A stretch of 26,685 bases of DNA from Bdellovibrionales bacterium RIFOXYD12_FULL_39_22 (GCA_001770205.1 MEQL01000007.1:124001-150685), one strand, 5' to 3'. Shown: positions 1-10,355, counted from the first letter of the stretch. Translations and numbers: made by a program. The notes: generated by a model from the sequence alone, not told the origin.

Positions 1-2460
1 GAGCAGTATGAACCAGGTGAAAAAACGGAAGTATCATTAGAAGTAAGTTCCCCGGGTGGTAATGATGTTGCCGAACTTTCAGTGGCCGTTGTTGATGAGA
101 AAATTTTGCAATTGGCCGGTGACTATGAAGGGCGCTACAAACTTCATGATAAGTTTTATAAAATGAGAGGAGGAGATGTTATCACCTCTCAAATGTTAAG
201 TTTTATTATAGGACGTCGTCACTTCGGCCAAAAAGGAGCGCCAGCTGGCGGAGATGGTGATTCAGGAAACAAAAGTAGAAAGAAGATATTACCACTTGCT
301 TATTGGAATCCTTCAGTAATAACTGATTCTGATGGCAAGGCCCATGTTAATTTTACGTTGCCGGATAATCTTACCACCTGGAGAGTTTTAGTTGTTGCAG
401 CAGATAAACAACACCGTTTTGGTTTTGGCAGTGGAACTTTTAGGGCCACCAAAAAAGTTATGGTGGAGCCATCTCTTCCTAGTTTTTTAACTGAAGGGGA
501 TAAGTTTAAATCGCGCTTTACAGTTTTTAATCGAACAGGGGCGGAAGCAAAATTTAAAGGAGAACTTAAAGTTACAGGGGTAATTTTAAATGAAGATGCT
601 AGTAAAGAGGCGAATATTGCTAATGATGGCAAAAGCTATATGGATTGGAAGATCTCGGTTCCAGTTGGTCAGATCAATGCTAGTTTTGAAATGATGGCAA
701 GCAGTGATAAAGGCAAAGATGGAATTTTAGAAAAATTACCTATTATGCCATATGCCTCTTATGAGACTTTTGCTACTTATGGTTCAACAATAGGATCAAA
801 AGTAAGTGAAAAGTTACAAATTCCCAAAGGGATTCGCCCAGAGTTAGGTGGCCTTGAAGTTATGGTGAGTTCATCACTTATTTCACATCTCGATGATTCT
901 TTCCGTTATCTTTTTAATTATCCATATAGTTGCTGGGAGCAGACGCTGGTACGGGCCATTGCACTTTCACAATATATTCGTTTGAAAGAGTATATTTCTA
1001 TTCCAGAACTATCTAAAGATGCTAAGAAGTGGGCCCAGGAACTATTGGCCGAGATGCCAAAATTTCAATATATGAATGGGGCAATGGCCTATTGGAAAGC
1101 AGATCCGAGAACTATTGATCCATACCTTTCTGTCTTTACGCTGCAAGGCCTTCGCTGGATTGAAAAAGCAGAGATCAATATTCCAAAAGAGGCCAACGAA
1201 AAACTTCTGAGTTATGTTAGAAAGTTAGTACAAGGCAAAGAGATCTTTCCCGAATACTATTCGGTCAACGCTAAGGCCACGGTTATGGCCATGGCCACGG
1301 CCGTGCTTTCAGATGAGGGAGACAATATGGTCTCTTCGGTGAATAAACGATTTCAAGAGCGTGCCAATCTCGATCTCTTTGGAAAGAGCTTTCTGTGGCA
1401 TGCTTCTACCAAATTTAAAGAGACCAATATAAAACTTAAAGAAGAGTTAAAAAAAGATATTTACGCTATGGCAGATCTTTCTGCTGGGAAAATTCAATTT
1501 AAAGAGACTCCAGGGATCGGAATGGTAACTATTTTACATAGTGCTACTAGGTCAAACTGTGCATTATTATCTTCAATGTTAGCAGAAGATCCTGAAGGTA
1601 AATTTATTGAATCACTTGTGCGATTTGCTATTGATGCCAGAAAGGCAAATCGTTGGAACAACACTCAAGATAACCTCTACTGTCTAAATGCGCTGGCCAA
1701 TTATGCGGCCGTATTTGAAAAAGATCTTCCGAATTACTCTGTTTCCGGTAAAGCGATGAATAAGGAGATAAAAGAGGTAAAATTTAAGGGATTTAAAGAG
1801 AGTCCAAAGAGTGAAACATTTGTTTTTACCCCAGAAATTGTTGGGAAAAAATCTGAAGTTAATTTGGAAAAAGATGGCAGCGGGAGAATGTACTATACCG
1901 CTAGACTCAAGATCGCTTATAAAGAGGTGCGAACTACCTCTGTTAATGCGGGCCTTCAGGTGGAGAGAACTTACTTTGTAAAATCGGCCGATGGAAAATG
2001 GCAAAAAGTAAATGGAGTAGTAAAATTAAAACGCGGCCAGGTAGTGCGCGTTGATCTTAAAGTTAAAAGCCCATCTGAGCGCCATCAGGTTGCTCTTGAG
2101 GATCGTTTGCCGGCAGGACTTGAGCCGATTAATACCGCCCTTGGTGGTTCGGTTAAAGAAGATGCTCCTGACGCCAATGAAAATCAAGGCGAAGGTGAGG
2201 GTGAGGGTGAAGAGGGGTATTACGCTGAAGATGATTGGTATAGCACCTTTTTTAACGGTGGCTTTTATCACAAAGAGATGCGCTTACACGCAGTTCAATA
2301 TTTTGCCAACTATCTAGGCAAGGCAGATTTTAATCTCTCATATTCGGCCCAGGCCATCGCGGTTGGCGAGTTTAATGCCAGTCCGGCCATAGTTGAAGAG
2401 ATGTATAACCCGGAAGTTTATGGAAAATCGACGCCAGCGCAATTTATTATTGAAGAGTAG
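1..2460 (+). CDS. Bacterial alpha-2-macroglobulin, C-terminal part (5' end outside window)
   Basis: Frame is open from base 1 (EQYEPGEKTEVSLEV...AELSVAVVDE). Motifs: AYWNP/LPDNLTTWRV, thioester YPYSCWEQ (CxEQ at 931-942), RWNNTQDN, EDRLPAGLE, GEFNASPAIVEEMY. Directly upstream of pbpC, as in known A2M operons. Confidence 0.95.
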   Translation, partial: EQYEPGEKTEVSLEVSSPGGNDVAELSVAVVDEKILQLAGDYEGRYKLHDKFYKMRGGDVITSQMLSFIIGRRHFGQKGAPAGGDGDSGNKSRKKILPLAYWNPSVITDSDGKAHVNFTLPDNLTTWRVLVVAADKQHRFGFGSGTFRATKKVMVEPSLPSFLTEGDKFKSRFTVFNRTGAEAKFKGELKVTGVILNEDASKEANIANDGKSYMDWKISVPVGQINASFEMMASSDKGKDGILEKLPIMPYASYETFATYGSTIGSKVSEKLQIPKGIRPELGGLEVMVSSSLISHLDDSFRYLFNYPYSCWEQTLVRAIALSQYIRLKEYISIPELSKDAKKWAQELLAEMPKFQYMNGAMAYWKADPRTIDPYLSVFTLQGLRWIEKAEINIPKEANEKLLSYVRKLVQGKEIFPEYYSVNAKATVMAMATAVLSDEGDNMVSSVNKRFQERANLDLFGKSFLWHASTKFKETNIKLKEELKKDIYAMADLSAGKIQFKETPGIGMVTILHSATRSNCALLSSMLAEDPEGKFIESLVRFAIDARKANRWNNTQDNLYCLNALANYAAVFEKDLPNYSVSGKAMNKEIKEVKFKGFKESPKSETFVFTPEIVGKKSEVNLEKDGSGRMYYTARLKIAYKEVRTTSVNAGLQVERTYFVKSADGKWQKVNGVVKLKRGQVVRVDLKVKSPSERHQVALEDRLPAGLEPINTALGGSVKEDAPDANENQGEGEGEGEEGYYAEDDWYSTFFNGGFYHKEMRLHAVQYFANYLGKADFNLSYSAQAIAVGEFNASPAIVEEMYNPEVYGKSTPAQFIIEE
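2191..2217 (+). repeat. Imperfect 6-bp tandem repeat (gaaggt/gagggt) encoding EGEGEGEEG inside A2M
   Basis: gaaggtgagggtgagggtgaagagggg read directly. Confidence 0.6.
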
Positions 2461-4726
2461 TTATGCGTTAACTATCCTTTGCGCTTTGATTTTTTTTGAT
2501 TGGTGGCCGCGGGGCAGTATCTTGCCGGCCATTGGAGAAAAAAGCTCCGTACGTATCTTTGATCGTTATAATCAAGAGATGCGTCATGCACTTAGTGTGG
2601 AAGGCGAGAGACAATATTTTTTGCCTCTCAGTGAGATCCCAACTCAATTGCGAGATGCTTTTATTTTAGCGGAAGATAAAAATTTCTACTCTCACTGGGG
2701 AGTAGATTTTTTGGCAATGGCCCGAGGACTTTGGCAATCGGCAAGTCATTTCAGGAAAGTTTCGGGAGGAAGTACTATTACAATGCAGCTAGCAAAAATT
2801 TGCTGGCCAAGTCTTCGAGGTATAATTCATCGTCCGGCCCTTATTTTACAGGCATGGAGCTTGGAGAGAAGCTACTCTAAAGGTGAAATATTAAATAGCT
2901 ATCTAAATAGTATACCTTTTGGAAATATGATCTCTGGAGTAGGGGCAGCTTGTCGATTTTTTATGGGAAAAAGTTGTGATCAATTATCCCTGGGGGAGAG
3001 TGCGGTACTTGCAGTTTTGCCTAGAAATCCGAGTTACTTTTTAAAGAATAAAAAAGCACTTTTGGAAAGAAGAAATTTTCTTCTTTCCAAAATGAAAGAT
3101 AGCGTCGAGGAGCAAACGCTTATTCAAGCAAAAAATGAACCCATCGTTATCACAAAAAGTAATCCCGATTTTTTTGCCCCCCACTTGACAGAAAAAATTT
3201 TAAAAGAGCGACCACATCAAAAGGAAATTTATACCACAATTGATCTGGAGCTACAAAAGGCCATCTCTGATTTATTCTTTGCTGAAAATATTAAACGTCG
3301 AGGAACTGGAGATAGTGGAGCGGCCCTAGTAATACAAAACTCTACGGGTGAAGTTTTGGCCTATGTTGGTGGCCCTGATTTTTTCGATCCCGCTCATGGT
3401 ATGGTGGACGGGGTCTTAGTTTTGCGCTCACCTGGATCTGCGCTAAAACCATTTGTATATGAGCTTGCCCTAGAAAACAGTTGGAATCTGTATTCGATTG
3501 TACCGGATATTCCTATGGCCTTTTCAACTTCTAGGGCAGTCTATGAACCAAGTAATTATGGAGGAAATTTTTCAGGCCCAAGATCTATGCGAGAGGCATT
3601 AGGTAATTCAAAAAATATTCCGGCGATATATCTAGTTGATAAGTTAGGTGAAGTGGCAGTGCTAAATAGAATGCGTGAATTAGGATTTTCTTCTATGAAA
3701 AATGATGCCAGCTTTTATGGTGTGGGAATAGCACTTGGAAATGCGGAAGTCTCTTTGTGGGATATAACTTCTGCGTATACAATTTTAGCGCGTCTAGGAG
3801 AAAAACTTACTACTACATATTATAAAGATCAAGTTGGTAAGTTGCCTTCTAGTCGGGTATTACCCCAAGAGACAACCTTTATGATTGCTGATGTTTTGCA
3901 AGATGCCCAGGCCAGACGAGAAGAGTTTGGCCGTTTTGGTCCTTTGGAATTCGACTATCAGGTGGGAGTTAAAACAGGAACATCTAGTGATTATCGTGAT
4001 AATTGGGCAATAGGTTTTACTAAAGATATTACCGTGGGAGTTTGGCGGGGAAATGCTGATTCCACCTCAATGAAGGAGCGTTTATCGGCAGCACGTGGTG
4101 TGGGGCCTTTGTTTCATAAAATTATGGAGCTGGCTAATACCTATCGCATTCCGAGATGGCCAGTCCCTCCTGCTGGAATAAAGAAAAGCCTTGTTTGCCC
4201 ACTTTCAGGGAAGCGGCCAGGAAAGTTTTGCCCGATTACTACTATGGAATATCACGTAAGTGGCAATGGCCCACATGAAGATTGTGATGTTCATAAAAGT
4301 CTTGAAGTGGCCAACTGTGATGGGAAATCAGTTCGAATAAATTATGTTGAATTTCCCCAAGAATACTTTGAATGGAGTAGGTATTCTACTCTTCCAACGC
4401 TTTCTAATCAGCTCTTAGAAAAGTGTGGAACGCTTGATTTAGGCGCGGTGAAAAAAAAGAAAAATTCACAATCTCTTGCTATTGTTGGGCCATTGGAAAA
4501 TTCCAATTATGCGATTGATCCAACAATTCCGCTTTCTCACCAAGAGCTACGTTTTGCGCTTCGTGGAGTTGATTCGAAGGATGCTTTAGTCTATGTAAAT
4601 AATCAAAAACAAAATCTAGAAGTTTCAGACAACTCCTTTTTTTGGCCGCTAGCTCGTGGGGAATATAAGTTTTATGTAAAAAGCAAAGGACAACGTTCCA
4701 ATGAAGTTAAAATCTTTGTACGCTAA
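2450..4726 (+). CDS. pbpC: Penicillin-binding protein 1C (transglycosylase/transpeptidase)
   Basis: N-terminal TM segment; GT51 motifs EDKNFYSHWG and GGSTITMQLAK; TP motifs SALK, SKN, KTGT; Cys-containing PBP1C C-terminal region (CPLSG..PGKFCP); follows A2M. Start uncertain (TTG 2450, ATG 2420 or 2393). Confidence 0.92.
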   Translation: MKSSYALTILCALIFFDWWPRGSILPAIGEKSSVRIFDRYNQEMRHALSVEGERQYFLPLSEIPTQLRDAFILAEDKNFYSHWGVDFLAMARGLWQSASHFRKVSGGSTITMQLAKICWPSLRGIIHRPALILQAWSLERSYSKGEILNSYLNSIPFGNMISGVGAACRFFMGKSCDQLSLGESAVLAVLPRNPSYFLKNKKALLERRNFLLSKMKDSVEEQTLIQAKNEPIVITKSNPDFFAPHLTEKILKERPHQKEIYTTIDLELQKAISDLFFAENIKRRGTGDSGAALVIQNSTGEVLAYVGGPDFFDPAHGMVDGVLVLRSPGSALKPFVYELALENSWNLYSIVPDIPMAFSTSRAVYEPSNYGGNFSGPRSMREALGNSKNIPAIYLVDKLGEVAVLNRMRELGFSSMKNDASFYGVGIALGNAEVSLWDITSAYTILARLGEKLTTTYYKDQVGKLPSSRVLPQETTFMIADVLQDAQARREEFGRFGPLEFDYQVGVKTGTSSDYRDNWAIGFTKDITVGVWRGNADSTSMKERLSAARGVGPLFHKIMELANTYRIPRWPVPPAGIKKSLVCPLSGKRPGKFCPITTMEYHVSGNGPHEDCDVHKSLEVANCDGKSVRINYVEFPQEYFEWSRYSTLPTLSNQLLEKCGTLDLGAVKKKKNSQSLAIVGPLENSNYAIDPTIPLSHQELRFALRGVDSKDALVYVNNQKQNLEVSDNSFFWPLARGEYKFYVKSKGQRSNEVKIFVR

Positions 4727-5342
4727 AATTTTTGTTCTTTGCTTTTTGACTTTGGTATCTCCTCTGTTATTTGCTTCAATTTGCACATACCAGTCTTGGG
4801 ATTGGGATACTAATTTGAAAAAAGCGGTAAATGTTCACAAAGTAGTCAAAGATAAAAATGTGTTAACCAAAGAAGAACAAGGAGTAGTTTCAGGGTGCAG
4901 TGTTTGTGAAGAAGATCAGGTTAAGATTAAAATTGATTCGCTTCCGGAATTTTTTGTCTGTAAAAAAGTGGCAGCAAAAATAACAAAGGCCATAAAAAGA
5001 ACGTTGAATGCTAAGTTTCCGATTTTTTCAATCGTTGGATATCGAGTAGGTAAATCTAAAGGAAAAATAAATGCTCAAGGTTTACGAACCGAGTTTAGTA
5101 ACCACTCCTATGGTACGGCCATTGATTTTAACAGCGAAAAAAATGGCCTCTATGATAACTGCATAATATTTTCAGATTCTTGTTTTAAGTTACGTGGTGG
5201 TGACTATTTTTCAGACGCAGAAGGTGCTATTACTAAAAGAACACCGCTTTATATTGAACTGTTAAAAGTTGGTTTTAAGTGGGGCGGAGAGATTGTTGGC
5301 AAGCAAAAAGATTTTATGCATTTTTCGCTTACAGGAATGTAA
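4701..5342 (+). CDS. Secreted M15-family zinc peptidase (peptidoglycan carboxy/endopeptidase-like)
   Basis: Signal-peptide-like N-terminus; SNHSYGTAID (SxHxxGxAxD); GFKWGG...DFMHFS; several Cys; overlaps pbpC end by 26 bp. Confidence 0.85.
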   Translation: MKLKSLYAKIFVLCFLTLVSPLLFASICTYQSWDWDTNLKKAVNVHKVVKDKNVLTKEEQGVVSGCSVCEEDQVKIKIDSLPEFFVCKKVAAKITKAIKRTLNAKFPIFSIVGYRVGKSKGKINAQGLRTEFSNHSYGTAIDFNSEKNGLYDNCIIFSDSCFKLRGGDYFSDAEGAITKRTPLYIELLKVGFKWGGEIVGKQKDFMHFSLTGM

Positions 5343-5379
5343 TATCATAATAAAAAATATCAACTCAAAGGAGTACCGT

Positions 5380-6630
5380 ATGAAGAAAAAAACGTCTGCA
5401 GATAAATTGGGCATTGAAAAAATTCTTAATAAATATGCTGATCTAATTTTAGATTTTGGGATTGCTATGCGGCCTGGCCAAAAAATAATAATTCAAAGCG
5501 AACCCATTCATAAAGATTTTATTGAACTACTTGCTCAGAAGGCCTATGAGCGTGGGGCGCAAATTGTTCATGTTGAGCTAAATATGCCCCTTCTAAACGT
5601 GCATAGAAGCAATTATCAAAAAGATGAGTTTCTGCCATATATTCCATCGTTTAAAAAAGCACAGATTGATGAATGGATTGAGGATGGATGGAGTCTTATT
5701 GCTCTTGATGGGATGCAAGACCCTGATGTTAATAAAAAAATGAATCAAGATAGAAATGCTATTGTGGCCAAGGCCAATGTCGAACTAAGAAAACCTCTCT
5801 CTCGTGCATTAATGTCAGGTAAGTGCTACTGGACGATTGCGGCCCTTCCCACCCCTCTTTGGGCAGAAAAAGTAACTAAGGCCCACGGCACTAAGGCACA
5901 AACTCTTCTTTGGAAAGATCTCATCTCTATATTACGGCTTAATAAAAAAAATCCTATTGCCGAGTGGAAAAAACACTCCGAAACTCTTAAAGTTCGTTGC
6001 TCAAAACTTAATCAGTTTAAATTTTCAAAACTTCATTTTGTAGGAGAAGGAACTGATTTGACAGTGGGCCTAACCGGCCGTTCAAAATGGTTGGGGGGAG
6101 GTCATGGAGAATATTTTCCAAATCTTCCCTCAGAGGAAATTTTTACTTCCCCAGACTTTCGTCAAACAGAAGGATCGGTAAAAATAACTCGGCCAGTAAA
6201 TGTTCTGGGTGATCAAGTAATCGGTGCATGGTTTAAGTTTGGCCAAGGCCAAGTAATCGACTACGGAGCAGAATATGGCAAACATCTCTTGGACAACTAT
6301 TTTAAAATTGACCCGCAGGCAAAATATCTTGGGGAAGTAGCTTTGGTTGACCGCTCTTCACCTATTTTTAAATCCGGCCGTGTTTTTCACAATATTCTTT
6401 TCGATGAAAATGCTGCCTGCCATATAGCTTTGGGCCGCGGTTTTCCTATTGCCTTTGAAAATGCCGACAATTGCTCCGAAGTAGAACTTACCGAACTTGG
6501 ATGTAATCAATCTTTACTGCATACTGATTTTATGGTTGGCCACGAAAAAATTTCCGTGGATGGCGTAACGGCAGATGGTAAACAGATTCCGATTATTGTT
6601 CGCGGGAAATTTACTAAAGATTTTTCCTGA
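5380..6630 (+). CDS. M29-family aminopeptidase (aminopeptidase II/AmpS/T type)
   Basis: PNLPSEEIFTSP, LGEVALV, LFDENAACHIALG, NQSLLHTDFMVG. Start set at ATG 5380 after an AAGGAG RBS. Confidence 0.93.
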   Translation: MKKKTSADKLGIEKILNKYADLILDFGIAMRPGQKIIIQSEPIHKDFIELLAQKAYERGAQIVHVELNMPLLNVHRSNYQKDEFLPYIPSFKKAQIDEWIEDGWSLIALDGMQDPDVNKKMNQDRNAIVAKANVELRKPLSRALMSGKCYWTIAALPTPLWAEKVTKAHGTKAQTLLWKDLISILRLNKKNPIAEWKKHSETLKVRCSKLNQFKFSKLHFVGEGTDLTVGLTGRSKWLGGGHGEYFPNLPSEEIFTSPDFRQTEGSVKITRPVNVLGDQVIGAWFKFGQGQVIDYGAEYGKHLLDNYFKIDPQAKYLGEVALVDRSSPIFKSGRVFHNILFDENAACHIALGRGFPIAFENADNCSEVELTELGCNQSLLHTDFMVGHEKISVDGVTADGKQIPIIVRGKFTKDFS

Positions 6631-6693
6631 ATCGACGCTAAAAAAATGGCCAACAAATTGCAAATTGTGAATAGCGAAAAAAGCTTTTGGGAA

Positions 6694-6718
6694 AAGGCCG
6701 TTTAAAATCTACGGCCTT
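6694..6718. terminator. Possible hairpin/terminator between the aminopeptidase gene and glgP
   Basis: aaggccgt-ttaaaatct-acggcctt, a perfect 8-bp stem; poor U-tract on the + strand. Confidence 0.35.
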
Positions 6719-6853
6719 CACTTGAGTACTAGGCTCGGTTAAGAGTCGTCTATTTTGGTATTTGTTTCCTACTGTTAAATAAGATTAACTGCTCTTAGAA
6801 TAGTTTTATCTAGTTTTCTTTTTTATATCAATATCCACCGGGAGTTATCGTAA

Positions 6854-9349
6854 ATGGAATCCACAAAGAAGTCGCTTTCACGCAATGGCCTAGATACACA
6901 ATCTATTTTAAGTGGCTTCGAGGATCATCTGCGCTATCAGTTGGCCCGTGATCGATATTCTGCTACGGAACATGATCGATTTTTTGCTCTGGCCTCTACC
7001 ATTCGTGATCGTTTAGTTGATAAATGGATAAATACTCAGCAGTCCTATCATAAGCATGACGTTAAAAGAGTTTACTATTTATCACTAGAGTATCTTATGG
7101 GACGGGCCATGGGAAATAGTGTTATCAATTTAGGAATTGAAAAAGAGGTGCGCGAGGCACTCTCTATTTTAGGATTAGATTGGGACAAGTTGCGTGATGA
7201 AGAAGTTGATGCTGGATTAGGAAATGGAGGCCTGGGCCGTTTGGCCGCTTGTTTCGTGGACTCCTTGGCCACTTTGCAAATTCCCAGTATCGGTTATGGT
7301 ATCCGGTACGATTTTGGAATTTTTAATCAAAAAATTGATAACGGTAGACAACTCGAGTCTCCCGATGATTGGTTGCGCTACGGAAATCCCTGGGAAATTC
7401 AGCGCCCAGAATATCGGATACCAGTTCATTTTAAGGGAAGAGTTGTTTCCGATAATATCAATGGGAAGTTGCGCTATCGCTGGATCGACACGATGGAAGT
7501 TATCGGTATCCCTTACGATACTCCTATTGTCGGCTACAAATGTGGAACGGTAAATACACTACGTCTGTGGAGTGCGCGGGCCACGGAAGAATTTGATTTA
7601 GATGATTTTAACTCGGGAAATTATGTTGCCTCTGTGGAGTTAAAAATTAAGGCCGAAACTTTGACCAAAGTGCTCTATCCTTCTGAAAATGTCTATGAAG
7701 GTAAAGAGCTGCGATTAAAACAGCAATACTTTTTCATTGCGTGTTCTTTATTTGATATTTTGCGAAGATTTAAAAGTGGTTTCGATCACGGTAAAATTAA
7801 GTGGGAAATTTTTCCGGATCGAGCGGCCATTCAATTAAATGACACGCATCCTTCATTATCAGTTCCGGAATTAATGCGTCTATTCATGGATGAGGAAGGA
7901 CTAGAGTGGGAAGATGCCTGGGATTTGACTACAAGATCTCTTGGATATACCAACCATACGTTGTTGCCAGAAGCGTTAGAAAAATGGCCGGTAGAAATGA
8001 TGACAAGGCTTTTGCCTCGTCATATGCAGATTATCTATGAGATAAATCACCGGTTTTTACAGGCTGTTGCTTTGAAATTTCCTGGAGACAATAACAAGCT
8101 AAAAGTGATGAGTATTGTTAGTGATGATAAAGATCCCCAGGTGCGAATGGCAAATCTCTCTATCGTTGGTTCTCACTCTACCAACGGTGTGGCATCTATT
8201 CATACAAATCTTCTTAAGACGTTGGTGGTTCCGGAATTTTTTGAGATGTACCCAGAACGTTTTAATTCAAAAACTAATGGAGTTACCCAGCGACGTTGGT
8301 TACTAAAGTCCAATCCGCCGCTGGCCAATCTTATTAACGAGAGTATCGGTGATGGCTGGATAAAAGATCTTTCCCATCTTAGAAAGCTAGAAGAGTTTGC
8401 TAGTGATTCATCTTTTCAGGAAAAGTTTCGAGAGATAAAAAGACAAAACAAGATCACGTTGTCTCGTTTTGTGCACGAAAATCACGGAGTAACACTTAAT
8501 CCTGATTTTATGTTTGATGTGCAAGTCAAACGAATTCACGAATATAAAAGACAATTGTTAAATTTGCTTCACGTGGTGATGCTCTATAATCGGCTACTAG
8601 AAAATAGTAAGCTGAGCATTGTTCCACGGACTTTTATTTTCTCAGGGAAGGCCGCTCCCGGTTATCACAATGCTAAATTAATTATTAAATTGATCAATAA
8701 TGTGGCCAAAGTTGTTAACGCACATCCACATGTCTCTAAGTATTTAAAGATTTACTTCCTTCCGAATTATCGAGTTTCTTTGGCAGAGCGTCTATTTCCG
8801 GCCTCCGATTTATCAGAACAAATTTCTACCGCTGGTAAGGAAGCGTCGGGAACAGGTAATATGAAGTTTATGCTAAATGGGGCGCTTACTATAGGCACTT
8901 TAGATGGTGCCAATATTGAAATTTTAGAAGAGGTAGGGCCGGAAAATATTTTTATTTTTGGATTAAAGGTGGATCAGATTGAGGCCTCGCGAGGATATTA
9001 TAGCGGTTGGTGGCATTACAACAATGAACCAGAAATTAAACGGGCCATTGATTTGATTTTATCAGGACACTTTAATATTGGAGAGTCAGGATTATTTGAA
9101 GGATTAAGAGGAATACTCTTAGATCATGATACGTACTTTCATTTGGCGGATCTAACTTCTTACGCAAACGCACAAGCAGCTGTGCAGGAAAAATATCTTC
9201 GGCCCAAAGAGTGGACAACTTCGGCGATTTTAAACGTGGCCAGATCAGGAAAATTTTCTTCCGACCGAACCATTATGGAATACGCAGAAGAGATTTGGAA
9301 TATAAGGCCACATCCTTGTTGTCAGCAAGATCAAGGTAAAAAAGATTAA
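6854..9349 (+). CDS. glgP: Glycogen/starch/alpha-glucan phosphorylase
   Basis: GLGNGGLGRLAACF, QLNDTHP, YTNHTLLPEALE, QVKRIHEYKRQ, PLP-binding EASGTGNMK, FSSDRTI. Confidence 0.98.
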   Translation: MESTKKSLSRNGLDTQSILSGFEDHLRYQLARDRYSATEHDRFFALASTIRDRLVDKWINTQQSYHKHDVKRVYYLSLEYLMGRAMGNSVINLGIEKEVREALSILGLDWDKLRDEEVDAGLGNGGLGRLAACFVDSLATLQIPSIGYGIRYDFGIFNQKIDNGRQLESPDDWLRYGNPWEIQRPEYRIPVHFKGRVVSDNINGKLRYRWIDTMEVIGIPYDTPIVGYKCGTVNTLRLWSARATEEFDLDDFNSGNYVASVELKIKAETLTKVLYPSENVYEGKELRLKQQYFFIACSLFDILRRFKSGFDHGKIKWEIFPDRAAIQLNDTHPSLSVPELMRLFMDEEGLEWEDAWDLTTRSLGYTNHTLLPEALEKWPVEMMTRLLPRHMQIIYEINHRFLQAVALKFPGDNNKLKVMSIVSDDKDPQVRMANLSIVGSHSTNGVASIHTNLLKTLVVPEFFEMYPERFNSKTNGVTQRRWLLKSNPPLANLINESIGDGWIKDLSHLRKLEEFASDSSFQEKFREIKRQNKITLSRFVHENHGVTLNPDFMFDVQVKRIHEYKRQLLNLLHVVMLYNRLLENSKLSIVPRTFIFSGKAAPGYHNAKLIIKLINNVAKVVNAHPHVSKYLKIYFLPNYRVSLAERLFPASDLSEQISTAGKEASGTGNMKFMLNGALTIGTLDGANIEILEEVGPENIFIFGLKVDQIEASRGYYSGWWHYNNEPEIKRAIDLILSGHFNIGESGLFEGLRGILLDHDTYFHLADLTSYANAQAAVQEKYLRPKEWTTSAILNVARSGKFSSDRTIMEYAEEIWNIRPHPCCQQDQGKKD

Positions 9350-9366
9350 AATTAGAAGGGGGGAGG

Positions 9367-10191
9367 ATGGCCCAAAAAAAACTGGCCCTACTTGGTTGCG
9401 GTAAAATGGGAGGCGCGCTGGTACGAGGTATCTCTTCGGTTGCTTCTATGCAAGAGCAAGTTAATTTTCTTCTCTATGATGTTGATGTAAAGAAGGCCTC
9501 TGCTTTGGCCTTAGAGATTGGGGATAGGGCAGCTCTGGTGGAGGAAGTAAAACAGCTTGCAATTGCGGACATATATCTTGTGGCCTGCAAGCCTCAGCAG
9601 TTTGATAATTTGGCAGTGACATTGGGCCCATCAATTAATCATGAGGCATTATTGATTTCTATTTTGGCCGGAACTTCTGTTGCAAAAATTATGGACACCT
9701 TGGCCATTTCTAAAGTGGTGCGTGCGATGCCTAATACTCCGGCCCTGATTGGGGAGGGAGTAACGGCACTTTTTTTTACCAAGGCCATCCAAAAAAATGA
9801 TCGTCAGCTTGTTTGGGAACTATTTAAAACTATCTCCAATTGCTATATTTTTGATAAAGAAGAAGAGTTAAATGTTATCACTGGATTTTCTGGTTCCGGC
9901 CCGGCCTATTTTTTTGAAATTGCCCGTATTTTGAGTGCGGAGATGATCAAAATGGGAATTGCGGCAGAAGTTTCACGGGAGATGATAAAGTATACTATGC
10001 TTGGTGCGGCCAAGCTTTTAGCACAATCTTCAGAGTCTGCCGAAACTTTGCGTAACAACGTAACTTCCCCTCAAGGCGTTACCTATGAGGCCTTGGAAGT
10101 TTTTAAAAATGAACGCAGTAAAAATTTAGAAGAGTTATTTCAAAGTGCTATGTCGGCGGCCTACAAAAGGGCCGGCCAGTTGGCCTCTTAG
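9367..10191 (+). CDS. proC: Pyrroline-5-carboxylate reductase
   Basis: GCGKMG Rossmann motif, ACKPQ, RAMPNTP, SGSGPAY, VTSPQGVT; GGAGG RBS. Confidence 0.96.
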   Translation: MAQKKLALLGCGKMGGALVRGISSVASMQEQVNFLLYDVDVKKASALALEIGDRAALVEEVKQLAIADIYLVACKPQQFDNLAVTLGPSINHEALLISILAGTSVAKIMDTLAISKVVRAMPNTPALIGEGVTALFFTKAIQKNDRQLVWELFKTISNCYIFDKEEELNVITGFSGSGPAYFFEIARILSAEMIKMGIAAEVSREMIKYTMLGAAKLLAQSSESAETLRNNVTSPQGVTYEALEVFKNERSKNLEELFQSAMSAAYKRAGQLAS

Positions 10192-10355
10192 CAATCAGTA
10201 CATAAATATTCCGACATAGTTCTTGATAAATTCGTGTTTTAATATTCAAATTGCGGATGAGAAAAAATGATGTAAGAAAATTAGACAGAGTGGCACAAGA
10301 AGCATTACGCGTAAGAAGTGTATTCCCATGGCCACAAAATAGAAAATCCCATTAA
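10189..10355 (+). mobile_element. Probable IS630-family remnant (left end plus truncated transposase N-terminus)
   Basis: Short ORF 10257-10355 (MRKNDVRKLDRVAQEALRVRSV...) resembles the DxRKL...ExLRxRxV N-terminus I recall for IS630-family transposases. It starts ~66 bp after a TA dinucleotide (10189-10190), the IS630 target, which is followed by gcaatcagtacataaata. Recognised from memory, not searched. Confidence 0.5.
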
